Positions 56,639-64,000 of a stretch of DNA of 64,000 nucleotides are shown piece by piece. Source of the DNA: Candidatus Thorarchaeota archaeon (lineage in GTDB: Archaea > Asgardarchaeota > Thorarchaeia > Thorarchaeales > Thorarchaeaceae). The stretch is from positions 60,457 to 124,456 of the forward strand of contig JAIZWL010000003.1 in NCBI GenBank assembly GCA_021498125.1. The letters are read 5' to 3'. Both the position numbers and the translations under genes were made by a program. The notes under the pieces are model-generated. The model saw only the letters and a program-made list of their open reading frames with translations, had not been told where the DNA came from and did not search any database. Every line of letters begins with the position of its first letter. Position 1 is the stretch's first letter.

Positions 56639-57688
56639 GTGCGAAAAGGCCGAGATGCTCAAGTTGCGCTGCTCAGTACTGGTGGGACTATTGGTAGCAT
56701 CTATGATCCCACTACAGACTCATTGCGTCCTGGTCTATCCGTTAGACAACTACTCAAGTCTCTCCCCAAAGGGCTTGGTCATGTTGATGTCATCACCCGT
56801 GAGATCATGGAACTCGACTCCGCAAATGCTCAACCACACCACTGGCAGCAGATTGCCAGTGCCATTAAGACGATACATGATGAGTTTCCGGATCTTGATG
56901 GTATAGTCATCACTCATGGTACTGACACAATGGTCTATACTGCGTCCGCTGTGAGTTTTATGGTTCAAGATTTTGGAAAACCCATTGTCTTTACAGGTGC
57001 GCAGATCCCTCTGATCACCCCTTGGAGTGACGGCCCACGAAACCTTCTCGATGCAATTCGAGTGGCAGCCTTTGCCGATTTGGGTGAGACCTGTATCGTA
57101 TTCAATGGGGAGGTCCATCGACCTACACGAACCAAGAAGACACGATCCCAATCCTATGATGCGTTTGACTCGGTCGATCCTGCGCCTTTGGGCACACTAG
57201 GTCTGGACATTGTACTCTTCGAGCGTCGTTCTCCCCGCCATAATCTCGTACCACGCTTCGACACACGACTGGATGATCGGGTCTTTCTGCTCAAGGTCTT
57301 CCCCGGTCTTCCCCCCGGTATTATCTCACGTATTGTAGACATGGGCTACCATGGAATTGTCATCGAGGGCTTTGGTACGGGCAACATTCCCTCTGAGGAG
57401 AACTCGCTTGCCAGTGGAATCCAACAGGCCATCAATCAAGGGTGCTTTGTCATAGTGAGCTCTCAATGCGCTTTTGGCCAGACCGATCTGTCCCTCTACG
57501 CCGTAGGCCGTTCAGCACTTGATGTTGGTGCAATGAGCGCTTTTGACATGACTTCCGAGGCCACCCTTGTAAAACTCGCTTGGGTCCTTGGGCATACTCA
57601 TGACCCCACCCAGGTCCGAAAGATGATGTCCACTGATTATATTGGTGAGATGCCCCTCGTAGGCCAAGAGTATGCTCTTGACGAGTGA
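56639..57688 (+). CDS. L-asparaginase (type I / archaeal asparaginase family)
   Basis: VALLSTGGTIGS, HGTDTM motifs; 349 aa without the GatD N-terminal domain; GTG start. Confidence 0.75.
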   Translation: MRKGRDAQVALLSTGGTIGSIYDPTTDSLRPGLSVRQLLKSLPKGLGHVDVITREIMELDSANAQPHHWQQIASAIKTIHDEFPDLDGIVITHGTDTMVYTASAVSFMVQDFGKPIVFTGAQIPLITPWSDGPRNLLDAIRVAAFADLGETCIVFNGEVHRPTRTKKTRSQSYDAFDSVDPAPLGTLGLDIVLFERRSPRHNLVPRFDTRLDDRVFLLKVFPGLPPGIISRIVDMGYHGIVIEGFGTGNIPSEENSLASGIQQAINQGCFVIVSSQCAFGQTDLSLYAVGRSALDVGAMSAFDMTSEATLVKLAWVLGHTHDPTQVRKMMSTDYIGEMPLVGQEYALDE

Positions 57689-57711
57689 GTGAACTGACTG
57701 AAAAATAGAAT

Positions 57712-57830
57712 TGGCGCCCGGAATGAGATTCGAACTCATGCCTCCCAAAGGGAGAGCAGCTGCCTGTTCGACTGGCCGTCAAATGACCGCCGTCTCCAGG
57801 CTGCCGCCGTAACCACTTGGCTATCCGGGC
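57712..57830 (-). tRNA. tRNA-Ser (anticodon GGA) with a 32-nt intron at the canonical 37/38 position; CCA encoded
   Basis: Manual fold of the minus strand gives acceptor GCCCGGA/TCCGGGC, D-arm GCC-AAGTGGTTAC-GGC and anticodon stem GCAGC/GCTGC with loop CUGGAG[intron]A. The long variable arm is CTCCC-TTT-GGGAG, the T-arm is ATGAG-TTCGAAT-CTCAT, and discriminator G is followed by CCA. Confidence 0.8.
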
Positions 57831-57891
57831 TCGTATCTCGTGTGGGGCGGTTTTGCTTTTCAAGGTTTTTCTTTCACGTACTCGTGACCAG

Positions 57892-58110
57892 TTACATTGA
57901 ACGATATCTCTGCCGCCTGAGATCTTCGCGGTCCGTCATAATTCGGGCCTTCATCTCAATCTCTGTGAGATCCGCGTCTATCTCCGCTTCTGAAGGTCGG
58001 CCTCTCACATACCGACTCGAATAGCGGCGGTCCTCATCACTTCCTTTGAAGCACATATATGCAAGAACAAGCATGATGATGGCAAAGCCTGCAATGATGA
58101 ATTCAATCAT
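57892..58110 (-). CDS. Small single-TM hypothetical protein
   Basis: 72 aa, N-terminal TM helix, basic/acidic tail. Confidence 0.3.
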   Translation of the reverse strand: MIEFIIAGFAIIMLVLAYMCFKGSDEDRRYSSRYVRGRPSEAEIDADLTEIEMKARIMTDREDLRRQRYRSM

Positions 58111-58137
58111 GATATCTCTCTCCGGTATTTTACTATT

Positions 58138-58473
58138 TCAGTGACCTTGTTCGGAGTCGGTCTCTTCCCTGTGGATCTCTTCAGCAAGTTCCCACGTATC
58201 TGTCTTTTCTCTTTCAGTTCTAAGTGATACGGGAAGACCTCCCTTGTCACCACTGATGCCTGGTGCATACGAATAGTCGAATGAACGACTAACGCTAATT
58301 CCATCGACATCTCCGCTCACGGGTCTGGGTCTCTCAACCGCTCCTGAAGATGGAGTCGAGAATCCTCGACAGGCAAAAAGCAAAAGTATTACGAGAAATC
58401 CAAGCAGCATTGCCACTCCGATTCCAAAGATCACCATTTCTTGGATCATTTTTTGTTGCCCCTCTGTGATCAC
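58138..58473 (-). CDS. Small single-TM hypothetical protein
   Basis: 111 aa, one TM helix (VIFGIGVAMLLGFLVILLLFA), acidic C-terminus. Confidence 0.3.
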   Translation of the reverse strand: MITEGQQKMIQEMVIFGIGVAMLLGFLVILLLFACRGFSTPSSGAVERPRPVSGDVDGISVSRSFDYSYAPGISGDKGGLPVSLRTEREKTDTWELAEEIHREETDSEQGH

Positions 58474-58688
58474 ATTACACAGATGATCATACTATGGCGC
58501 GAAGTGTTATGGTTTTTTCCAAAAATCAATTAAATTATTGTTTTGCCGATTGGACTTTGTGCGCTTTTACATCGAGCCATAATAATTATAATGAAGCGAA
58601 GTAACTTTTCTTGCTTGATGGCAATGGTTATAAGGCCTCCCCAAAAGACGAGCCAAGCCTCACTTCAGTTGGATTGAGGTAGTATACC

Positions 58689-59141
58689 ATGTCCATGCAA
58701 GAATATAGACACATAGTACGTGTGGCCGGCAAAGATATAGACGGCCAAGAAAATTTGCTGCAGGGGTTGACCCGTATCACCGGAGTGGGTCTAAGGCTCT
58801 CTAAGGCAATCATACGAAAGCTTGAGTTAGATTCCTCGATGCGGCTTGGTCTTCTCCCTGACGAGACCATCCAGAAGATTGAGAGTATGCTCAGCGATCC
58901 CCTGGCAGCTGGACTACCTGCATGGTATGTCAACAGGCCTCGTGACAGATACACTGGTAAGGATCTTCATCTGATTGGTTCAGATCTCGACTTTGCTCAG
59001 AAGAGCGATATCGAGCGTCTCAGGCGTATTCGTGCATGGCGTGGCATTCGACATTCTCTGGGTCTGAAAGTCAGAGGACAACATACACGGACCACTGGTC
59101 GTCATGGTGGAACTGTTGGTGTATCAAGAAAGAAACTATAA
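58689..59141 (+). CDS. rps13: Ribosomal protein S13 (uS13)
   Basis: Conserved VRVAGKDIDG..., TGVGLRLSKAIIRKL, RGIRHSLGLKVRGQHTRTTGRHGG motifs. Confidence 0.9.
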   Translation: MSMQEYRHIVRVAGKDIDGQENLLQGLTRITGVGLRLSKAIIRKLELDSSMRLGLLPDETIQKIESMLSDPLAAGLPAWYVNRPRDRYTGKDLHLIGSDLDFAQKSDIERLRRIRAWRGIRHSLGLKVRGQHTRTTGRHGGTVGVSRKKL

Positions 59142-59160
59142 TGTAATGGGGTAGTGTCTG

Positions 59161-59820
59161 ATGGGTGATCCGAGGCGACAGAAAAAGAAGTACGTGACAC
59201 CGAAACGTCCCTTTGATAGTGATAGGTTCGAACAGGAACTTCAGTTGGTTGGAAGTTACGGTCTCAGAAATAAGAGAGAACTGTGGAAACACAGGACAAA
59301 ACTATCCAGCTATCGTCGGCAGGCCCGCCAGCTCCTAGCACTACCTAAGGACGAGCGATTACAGCGAGAGAAGGAACTCGTCAACAAACTTCTTCGAGAG
59401 GGCGTTCTCAGAGGCGAACCCACTCTTGACAGTGTTCTCGACCTCACCTTAGAGGATCTTCTTGAACGCAGGCTTCAGAGTGTCGTCTTTCGAAAAGGCC
59501 TCGCCTGTTCCATGTATCATGCGCGTCAACTTGTCACTCATGGTCACATTGCAATTGACCAGGCCCGTGTCACAACACCCAGCAGGATCATCACCGTTGA
59601 GGAAGAAGGCCTCATCACATATACACCAAGTTCTCCACTCAACGATCCTCAACACCCCGCACGAATCGCAGCAGCAGACATAGCACGACGCACAGTCTCT
59701 TCCTCTTCGGAGGTCATTGAGGCAACCGATGCTATTCCAGAGATCGTAGCAGAAGATGAGGTTGTTCCTCCTGACATTGAGGAGAAGGAGGCCGAAGTCA
59801 CAGGAGATGAGAGAGTATGA
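59161..59820 (+). CDS. rps4: Ribosomal protein S4 (uS4) with approximately 45-aa acidic C-terminal extension
   Basis: N-terminal [16 protein letters not shown]4 domain [15 protein letters not shown]-like region. Tail ...[36 protein letters not shown] is beyond the usual archaeal length. Confidence 0.85.
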   Translation: MGDPRRQKKKYVTPKRPFDSDRFEQELQLVGSYGLRNKRELWKHRTKLSSYRRQARQLLALPKDERLQREKELVNKLLREGVLRGEPTLDSVLDLTLEDLLERRLQSVVFRKGLACSMYHARQLVTHGHIAIDQARVTTPSRIITVEEEGLITYTPSSPLNDPQHPARIAAADIARRTVSSSSEVIEATDAIPEIVAEDEVVPPDIEEKEAEVTGDERV

Positions 59821-60212
59821 GCGGTGAAGAGAGAAAGTGGGGTGTAGCTCACATCTACGCATCTTACAACGATACGATTGTACACATCACGGATATTACC
59901 GGTGCCGAGACCATTGCCCGATACTCGGGCGGAATGATGGTGAAGGCTGATCGTAATGAGTCCTCACCACATGCAGCCATGCAGGCGGCATTTCAAGCAG
60001 CCCGTGAGGCAAAGGACAAGGGCATCTACGGTATTCACATTCGTGTCCGTGCACCCGGTGGTCATGGTCCCAAGACACCCGGTCCCGGTGCTCAGGCTGC
60101 AATCCGAGCACTAAGCCGTGCAGGTCTCAGGATTGGTATCATTGATGAGGTGACTCCCATTCCTCATGATGGTACTCGCAAGCCCGGTGGCAGACGTGGC
60201 AGACGAGTGTAG
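59817..60212 (+). CDS. rps11: Ribosomal protein S11 (uS11)
   Basis: [23 protein letters not shown]... and C-terminal GGRRGRRV typical of uS11. Confidence 0.9.
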   Translation: MSGEERKWGVAHIYASYNDTIVHITDITGAETIARYSGGMMVKADRNESSPHAAMQAAFQAAREAKDKGIYGIHIRVRAPGGHGPKTPGPGAQAAIRALSRAGLRIGIIDEVTPIPHDGTRKPGGRRGRRV

Positions 60213-60245
60213 GTCACTCCCTCACACGTTCATGCCTTGTCTTTT

Positions 60246-61580
60246 CTATGGCTGATACCATGTAATGTTCGGAGGCCATATTGGCCTCTCATTTATTCTG
60301 TCTAGTCTGGAATAGGGCCGCGTGAGATGTCGTTGGGCTCGCGGTGGTGGAAGATAGACTCCTTGCCTGAGATCACGTTCCTCAACAATTGCGATCTTTT
60401 TTCTCTCTCGTAGTCTAAATCCACATCTTGGGCACTTGAACCCCTTTTCATGACCTGCGCTCTTCATTCGCTTTCCACATTCCGGGCAGAGTGGATTTAC
60501 GAGTCTTTGTTTAGTCGCCAGATTGATGACCCTCATGCCCTCCACATTGAGCGTCATTCCGTGCGTTCTTGACGCGGGGCGAACTCCGGCCATGATGTCA
60601 ACGAGATCCCCCTCTATCAGCTGACTCATTATCTCTCGGAATTGTCTTGTTGGTTCATAGACCGCGCATTCAATCTTCGTATTCGTCTCGTCTTGGATAG
60701 AGAAGAAGAGATGTCCTCCCTCTCTCATCCTCCCCGGAGCCGTGACAGTCCCCCTTACTATTGCTGACATGTATGGGCGAAGATCCAAAATCCTGACCCT
60801 GTGTTCCAGATGTTGTCCCGTCCCCTGATTGGTCCTGAAGATTGTCCACCTATCAATCCTCTGACGGGTCTTGACCATTGAGGCCGCCTCTATGAGGTCC
60901 TCGGGGCGATCCCCACGAATTCCATATAATACTGGATCCGGGCCGTGAGGTTCAATGAGAATCGTGTGTTCGTTCAGATCGACATTGGAGAAGGTCCGAT
61001 CGCCCATTGCTCTATTCATCTCAAAGACCGACTCGTGATCGACCCCTCGCTCCTCTGTTGTTTCTCTGATGTTGCGATATGTGATGTACTCGTAGGTATG
61101 ATCGCCCATCAGTCTGTTTCCGATTGCTGCAAGAGCGCCAATGAGACCTCGACCATTACCAGAAGTGTAATGCCAGGCACCAAGTTTCTGAAGGGTCTGT
61201 TTAGTGACCTCCAACGAGAGTACCCTCCAGAGTGCAATCTCCGAGAGCCGTACTACCGCGTCTGGTGGCTCGCCAGCAATAAGAACAGCCCCCGGATTCG
61301 TATTAGGATAATCTCTCTCAATGTACTCGGGAATCATCTTTGTCACGAGTTCAACTACATCTTCGGCCACTGAGCGATCAGTTCTGAACCGAAGTGCTAG
61401 TGCACCGTTCCCCCGTGTGCGATATGGGATGTTTGGGTTCAGTCTGATGAGGTTAGGATAGTCCAGCCATTCAAGTGGCCATTCAGAGAGTCGCTCGATC
61501 AGGATACTGGCAAAGTGAGTCGTACAGCCACCCCGTGGACTATCAACATCATCAAGTCCGAGATGGAACTCCTGACTCAT
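60246..61580 (-). CDS. tiaS: tRNA(Ile2) 2-agmatinylcytidine synthetase TiaS
   Basis: N-terminal HLGLDDVDSPRGGCTTHF (archaeal TiaS LGIDDTDS..GMCTTY signature), C-terminal zinc ribbon CPECG...CPRCG; 444 aa. Confidence 0.75.
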   Translation of the reverse strand: MSQEFHLGLDDVDSPRGGCTTHFASILIERLSEWPLEWLDYPNLIRLNPNIPYRTRGNGALALRFRTDRSVAEDVVELVTKMIPEYIERDYPNTNPGAVLIAGEPPDAVVRLSEIALWRVLSLEVTKQTLQKLGAWHYTSGNGRGLIGALAAIGNRLMGDHTYEYITYRNIRETTEERGVDHESVFEMNRAMGDRTFSNVDLNEHTILIEPHGPDPVLYGIRGDRPEDLIEAASMVKTRQRIDRWTIFRTNQGTGQHLEHRVRILDLRPYMSAIVRGTVTAPGRMREGGHLFFSIQDETNTKIECAVYEPTRQFREIMSQLIEGDLVDIMAGVRPASRTHGMTLNVEGMRVINLATKQRLVNPLCPECGKRMKSAGHEKGFKCPRCGFRLRERKKIAIVEERDLRQGVYLPPPRAQRHLTRPYSRLDRINERPIWPPNITWYQP

Positions 61581-61583
61581 TCT

Positions 61584-61874
61584 CTATGCCTCCTCCTCTC
61601 TGACATTCCTTGCAGCGCGACATCTGTCACAAAGGGTCGCCTCCCCTATCTTCATACTGTGATCTTCACAGACAGGACGACCGCATATGTCACACGCTCT
61701 ACTCGCCAGATACCTCTTACAGATGTAGCATCGTGCCTCTGCGCAGACTAAACAGATGTGGTCCTCAGTATAGCATGAGTCACAGATGTACGCCCCACAG
61801 ATCTCGCAACGTACAAGGTTCTCACTGGAACGTCCGCATACCTCACAATGGTCTCCTGGGATATAGAGTGTCAT
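61584..61874 (-). CDS. Cys-rich small protein with eight CxxC pairs (four predicted Zn sites), operonic with tiaS
   Basis: CEVC, CEIC, CDSC, CLVC, CYIC, CDIC, CEDH, CDRC spaced regularly over 96 aa. Stop lies 3 nt before the tiaS start. Confidence 0.45.
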   Translation of the reverse strand: MTLYIPGDHCEVCGRSSENLVRCEICGAYICDSCYTEDHICLVCAEARCYICKRYLASRACDICGRPVCEDHSMKIGEATLCDRCRAARNVREEEA

Positions 61875-61939
61875 ACAGGCTCTCTCTCTCGTTGACGGTA
61901 ATCTTGAAATCTCTTGTGCAATCTATATTCAGGAACACT

Positions 61940-62476
61940 ATGCACGATACTCGGCCAAGGATCATCATATATCATGCGAACCAGTGTGACCCAAAGAAAT
62001 GTACTGGGCTCCGGCTTGGACGACTCAACCGTGCTACCATCGTCAGAGATCTTCATCGTATTCCCCGAGGGGGGATCGTCCTAAATCCGGTTTCTAAAGT
62101 TGCTCTCTCCCCTGCTGAGAGGGGATCCATTGAGCGATATGGCCTTGTTGCGCTCGATTGTTCGTGGAAAACGGCAGAGGTCATCTTTCGGAACTCGAGG
62201 TATGGTCATCAACGGGCTCTGCCCTATCTGATCGCTGCAAACCCTACCAACACTTACAAGCCCGTGAAGTTATCGACGGCCGAGGCGATCGCAGCCGCGC
62301 TCTATATTGTTGGTCTAAAGGAGATGGCTGAGGACATCATGTCGGTGTTCAAGTGGGGTCCCACCTTTCTCACGCTCAACAAGGAGTGGCTTGAAGCATA
62401 CTCGGAATGTACGACCAGCACTGAAGTAGTCGCACTTCAATCAGAGATCATCGAGTCCCACGAACGCAAGAGATGA
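61940..62476 (+). CDS. tsr3: Tsr3 (DUF367) 16S/18S rRNA aminocarboxypropyltransferase
   Basis: RIIIYHANQCDPKKCTG N-terminus and LVALDCSW motif typical of Tsr3. Start reassigned to ATG 61940, and the upstream part of the ORF-track call is antisense to the Cys-rich gene. Confidence 0.6.
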   Translation: MHDTRPRIIIYHANQCDPKKCTGLRLGRLNRATIVRDLHRIPRGGIVLNPVSKVALSPAERGSIERYGLVALDCSWKTAEVIFRNSRYGHQRALPYLIAANPTNTYKPVKLSTAEAIAAALYIVGLKEMAEDIMSVFKWGPTFLTLNKEWLEAYSECTTSTEVVALQSEIIESHERKR

Positions 62477-62499
62477 TCCTGTACCGGCTCGGTCACTAT

Positions 62500-62870
62500 T
62501 AATGAGGTGTGGCCTTGGTGCGAAGAGTAGCCCCAATTCTGTTCCGTCTGCTCTCGTCGCCGTGAGCGGACCTTGCGACATTGAACTACGCCTCCTACCC
62601 TACACCTCGGGCCGACTCCTCATCGGTGTACTCTTGGAGTTGCTACCCGGTGATGGGCCGTTTCAACGGTCCCGTACAGGTCCTCAACGGCTTGATTATA
62701 CCGCATCATTGTCATCTCCTGTACGGACGTGTCGTTTCTGCTCCCAGAGCGAGGCTCTCGCCTCCCTGCTCCCGCAGGACCGGCATCGGCATGTAGTTGG
62801 GATCTTCCTCAGCACCTTCCTATTGCTAGTCCGGTACCGTCAGTCGCGCTTTCGCTCCAAGGCCACTGGC
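62500..62870. ncRNA. Candidate structured non-coding RNA (class unresolved, SRP-RNA-like size) with 10-bp terminal helix GTGGCCTTGG (62509-62518) / CCAAGGCCAC (62858-62867)
   Basis: About 450-nt GC-rich gap with only low-complexity ORFs. Contains a long-range terminal helix, an internal long-range helix CCCGTACAGG/CCTGTACGG, and several local hairpins. RNase P CR-I (GGAAAGUCC) not found on either strand. Confidence 0.35.
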
Positions 62871-62928
62871 TGTAAAACAAGTAGTTTCTGTAATTAATAG
62901 CTCGGTGCGGTAATAGGCCCATTGGCTC

Positions 62929-63936
62929 CTATTCATTATGCCTCTTCCACATAGGTGGGTATCTCCCGCGTTCCATGATGACTCTCTCATTATTGATGAC
63001 AATGCCTGAGTTCTTGGATACTATCTGATCACTATTCATGACCGCTCGACCCAGTGCCACTGCCTCTCCCTTTAGGGTCTTGATCGCAACGAGGTCTTTT
63101 GTCTTGATCCCTGATGAGAGTGATACTACGCCACTGGCAGCAAGGTCGGCCCCGTGACAGATCGCATCCACAGCAGAGTCTCGAATGGCCACCTCTGGAA
63201 GATGACGTAATGCAAATTCTACAGGGAGGACATACTTCCGAATATCCGTCTCGTCACCATCTTCTTTCCAGAAATGATATGCATCCTTGAGATCGTACAG
63301 GGTACACAGGTGTTCGTCCTCGGTAAACTTTCCCACTCGGGTTCTTCGCAGCTCTCTCATATCAGCTCCTACTCCGAGTGCCTCTCCTATATCAAAACAC
63401 AGCTTCCGTATGTATGTGCCAGCTTGGCACCCGACTCGAAAGAGAACTCTCTGGCCCTTTATCTGAAGGATGCGGTTGTAGTAGATCTCTCTCACTCGGA
63501 GGACTCGCTTGACAGAAGATTTGAGCGGAGGTCTCTGATAGATCTTCCCGGTGAACTCAGACATGACTTCACGGATCCGGTATTCTTCGACAGGATGATG
63601 GAGTTGCATGACGCCAACATACTCTTTCCCAGCGGGAAGTAACGCCTGCATCACCTTGGTGGCATTACCAATTCCAATAGGGAGGACTCCTGTGACTCCA
63701 GGGTCCAGTGTTCCGGAGTGCCCCGCTTTGTCCACATCAAGTATTTTTCGTACCCATGTGGAGACCTCGTGACTGGTAGGTCCGGCCGGTTTGTCCAGAC
63801 AGATGACCCCGTTCTTTAGTAGATGCTCAACAGGAATCTCCTTCGGTGAGGAAAACCCATAGGCCGGGTCTGTTGTAACATTTGTCACTTTGATAAGGGT
63901 CTCACGCGGTCTATCAGCAGGGAGCATTTCCGGCAA
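62929..63936 (-). CDS. cbf5: H/ACA RNP pseudouridine synthase Cbf5 (TruB family with PUA domain)
   Basis: TruB catalytic motif GHSGTLDPGVTGVLPIGIGNATK, C-terminal PUA domain; 335 aa. Confidence 0.85.
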   Translation of the reverse strand: MPEMLPADRPRETLIKVTNVTTDPAYGFSSPKEIPVEHLLKNGVICLDKPAGPTSHEVSTWVRKILDVDKAGHSGTLDPGVTGVLPIGIGNATKVMQALLPAGKEYVGVMQLHHPVEEYRIREVMSEFTGKIYQRPPLKSSVKRVLRVREIYYNRILQIKGQRVLFRVGCQAGTYIRKLCFDIGEALGVGADMRELRRTRVGKFTEDEHLCTLYDLKDAYHFWKEDGDETDIRKYVLPVEFALRHLPEVAIRDSAVDAICHGADLAASGVVSLSSGIKTKDLVAIKTLKGEAVALGRAVMNSDQIVSKNSGIVINNERVIMERGRYPPMWKRHNE

Positions 63937-64000
63937 TCAGAGACCTCCCCTCATTATGGACTAATGATGCACTTGGACCTTGGTTCTGAAACGCTCAAGC

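Noticed and set aside
62500-62870. RNase P RNA assignment for the structured intergenic region
   Set aside because: Universal CR-I (GGAAAGUCC) and CR-V (ACAGAAnCCGGCUUA) were not found on either strand. The region is left as unclassified or SRP-like.
62502-62897. ORFs 62502-62897 and 62581-62796 (+)
   Set aside because: Low-complexity Leu/Ser/Arg/Pro-rich translations inside a GC-rich region with long-range base pairing; treated as a candidate ncRNA instead.
1-64000. CRISPR arrays, rRNA genes, IS elements or integrases
   Set aside because: No direct-repeat/spacer periodicity, rRNA-like conserved stretches or transposase/integrase-like ORFs seen anywhere in the window.

Overview
This window is a chromosomal segment from an Asgard-type archaeon, most plausibly Thorarchaeota-like. 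It is gene-dense, moderately GC-rich by eye, and uses many TTG/GTG start codons that sit behind GGAGG-type ribosome-binding sites.

The Asgard assignment rests on two things:
- There is an actin with very high similarity to eukaryotic actin at 45211-46317.
- There is a two-domain gelsolin at 48947-49543 (minus strand). Together they form a small cytoskeletal locus with a beta-class DNA methyltransferase and a 478-aa unknown protein between them.

The main gene sets, in order:
- Three heterodisulfide-reductase hdrC-hdrB pairs and two giant HdrA fusions lie in the first 13 kb. One HdrA carries a fused MvhD domain.
- A NikR-controlled metal ABC uptake locus follows, with a perfect 18-bp palindromic operator.
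- Next is the archaeal exosome/proteasome superoperon, with an unusually extended L37ae tail.
- Then an ECF transporter module, histidine-utilisation genes interleaved with endonuclease V, and a t6A-related cluster (Cgi121-THUMP-TsaC).
- A nucleotidyltransferase and CDP-alcohol phosphatidyltransferase pair comes next.
- An RNase III-like domain protein sits in a small operon with a wHTH protein.
- Housekeeping genes include Fpg, an M20 peptidase, an LLM oxidoreductase, Ham1, TrmB, RNase Z, asparaginase and S13-S4-S11.
- tRNA and rRNA modification genes include TiaS, Tsr3 and Cbf5. An intron-containing tRNA-Ser(GGA) is also present.
- A roughly 370-nt GC-rich intergenic region with a long-range terminal helix is a candidate structured ncRNA.

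The most unusual observation is that the actin reading frame is interrupted 21 codons before its conserved C-terminus. The interruption is a 33-nt quasi-duplicated insert carrying an in-frame TAA, and the actin-like C-terminal peptide is still encoded immediately downstream in the same frame.

No CRISPR array, rRNA gene or obvious mobile element was seen.
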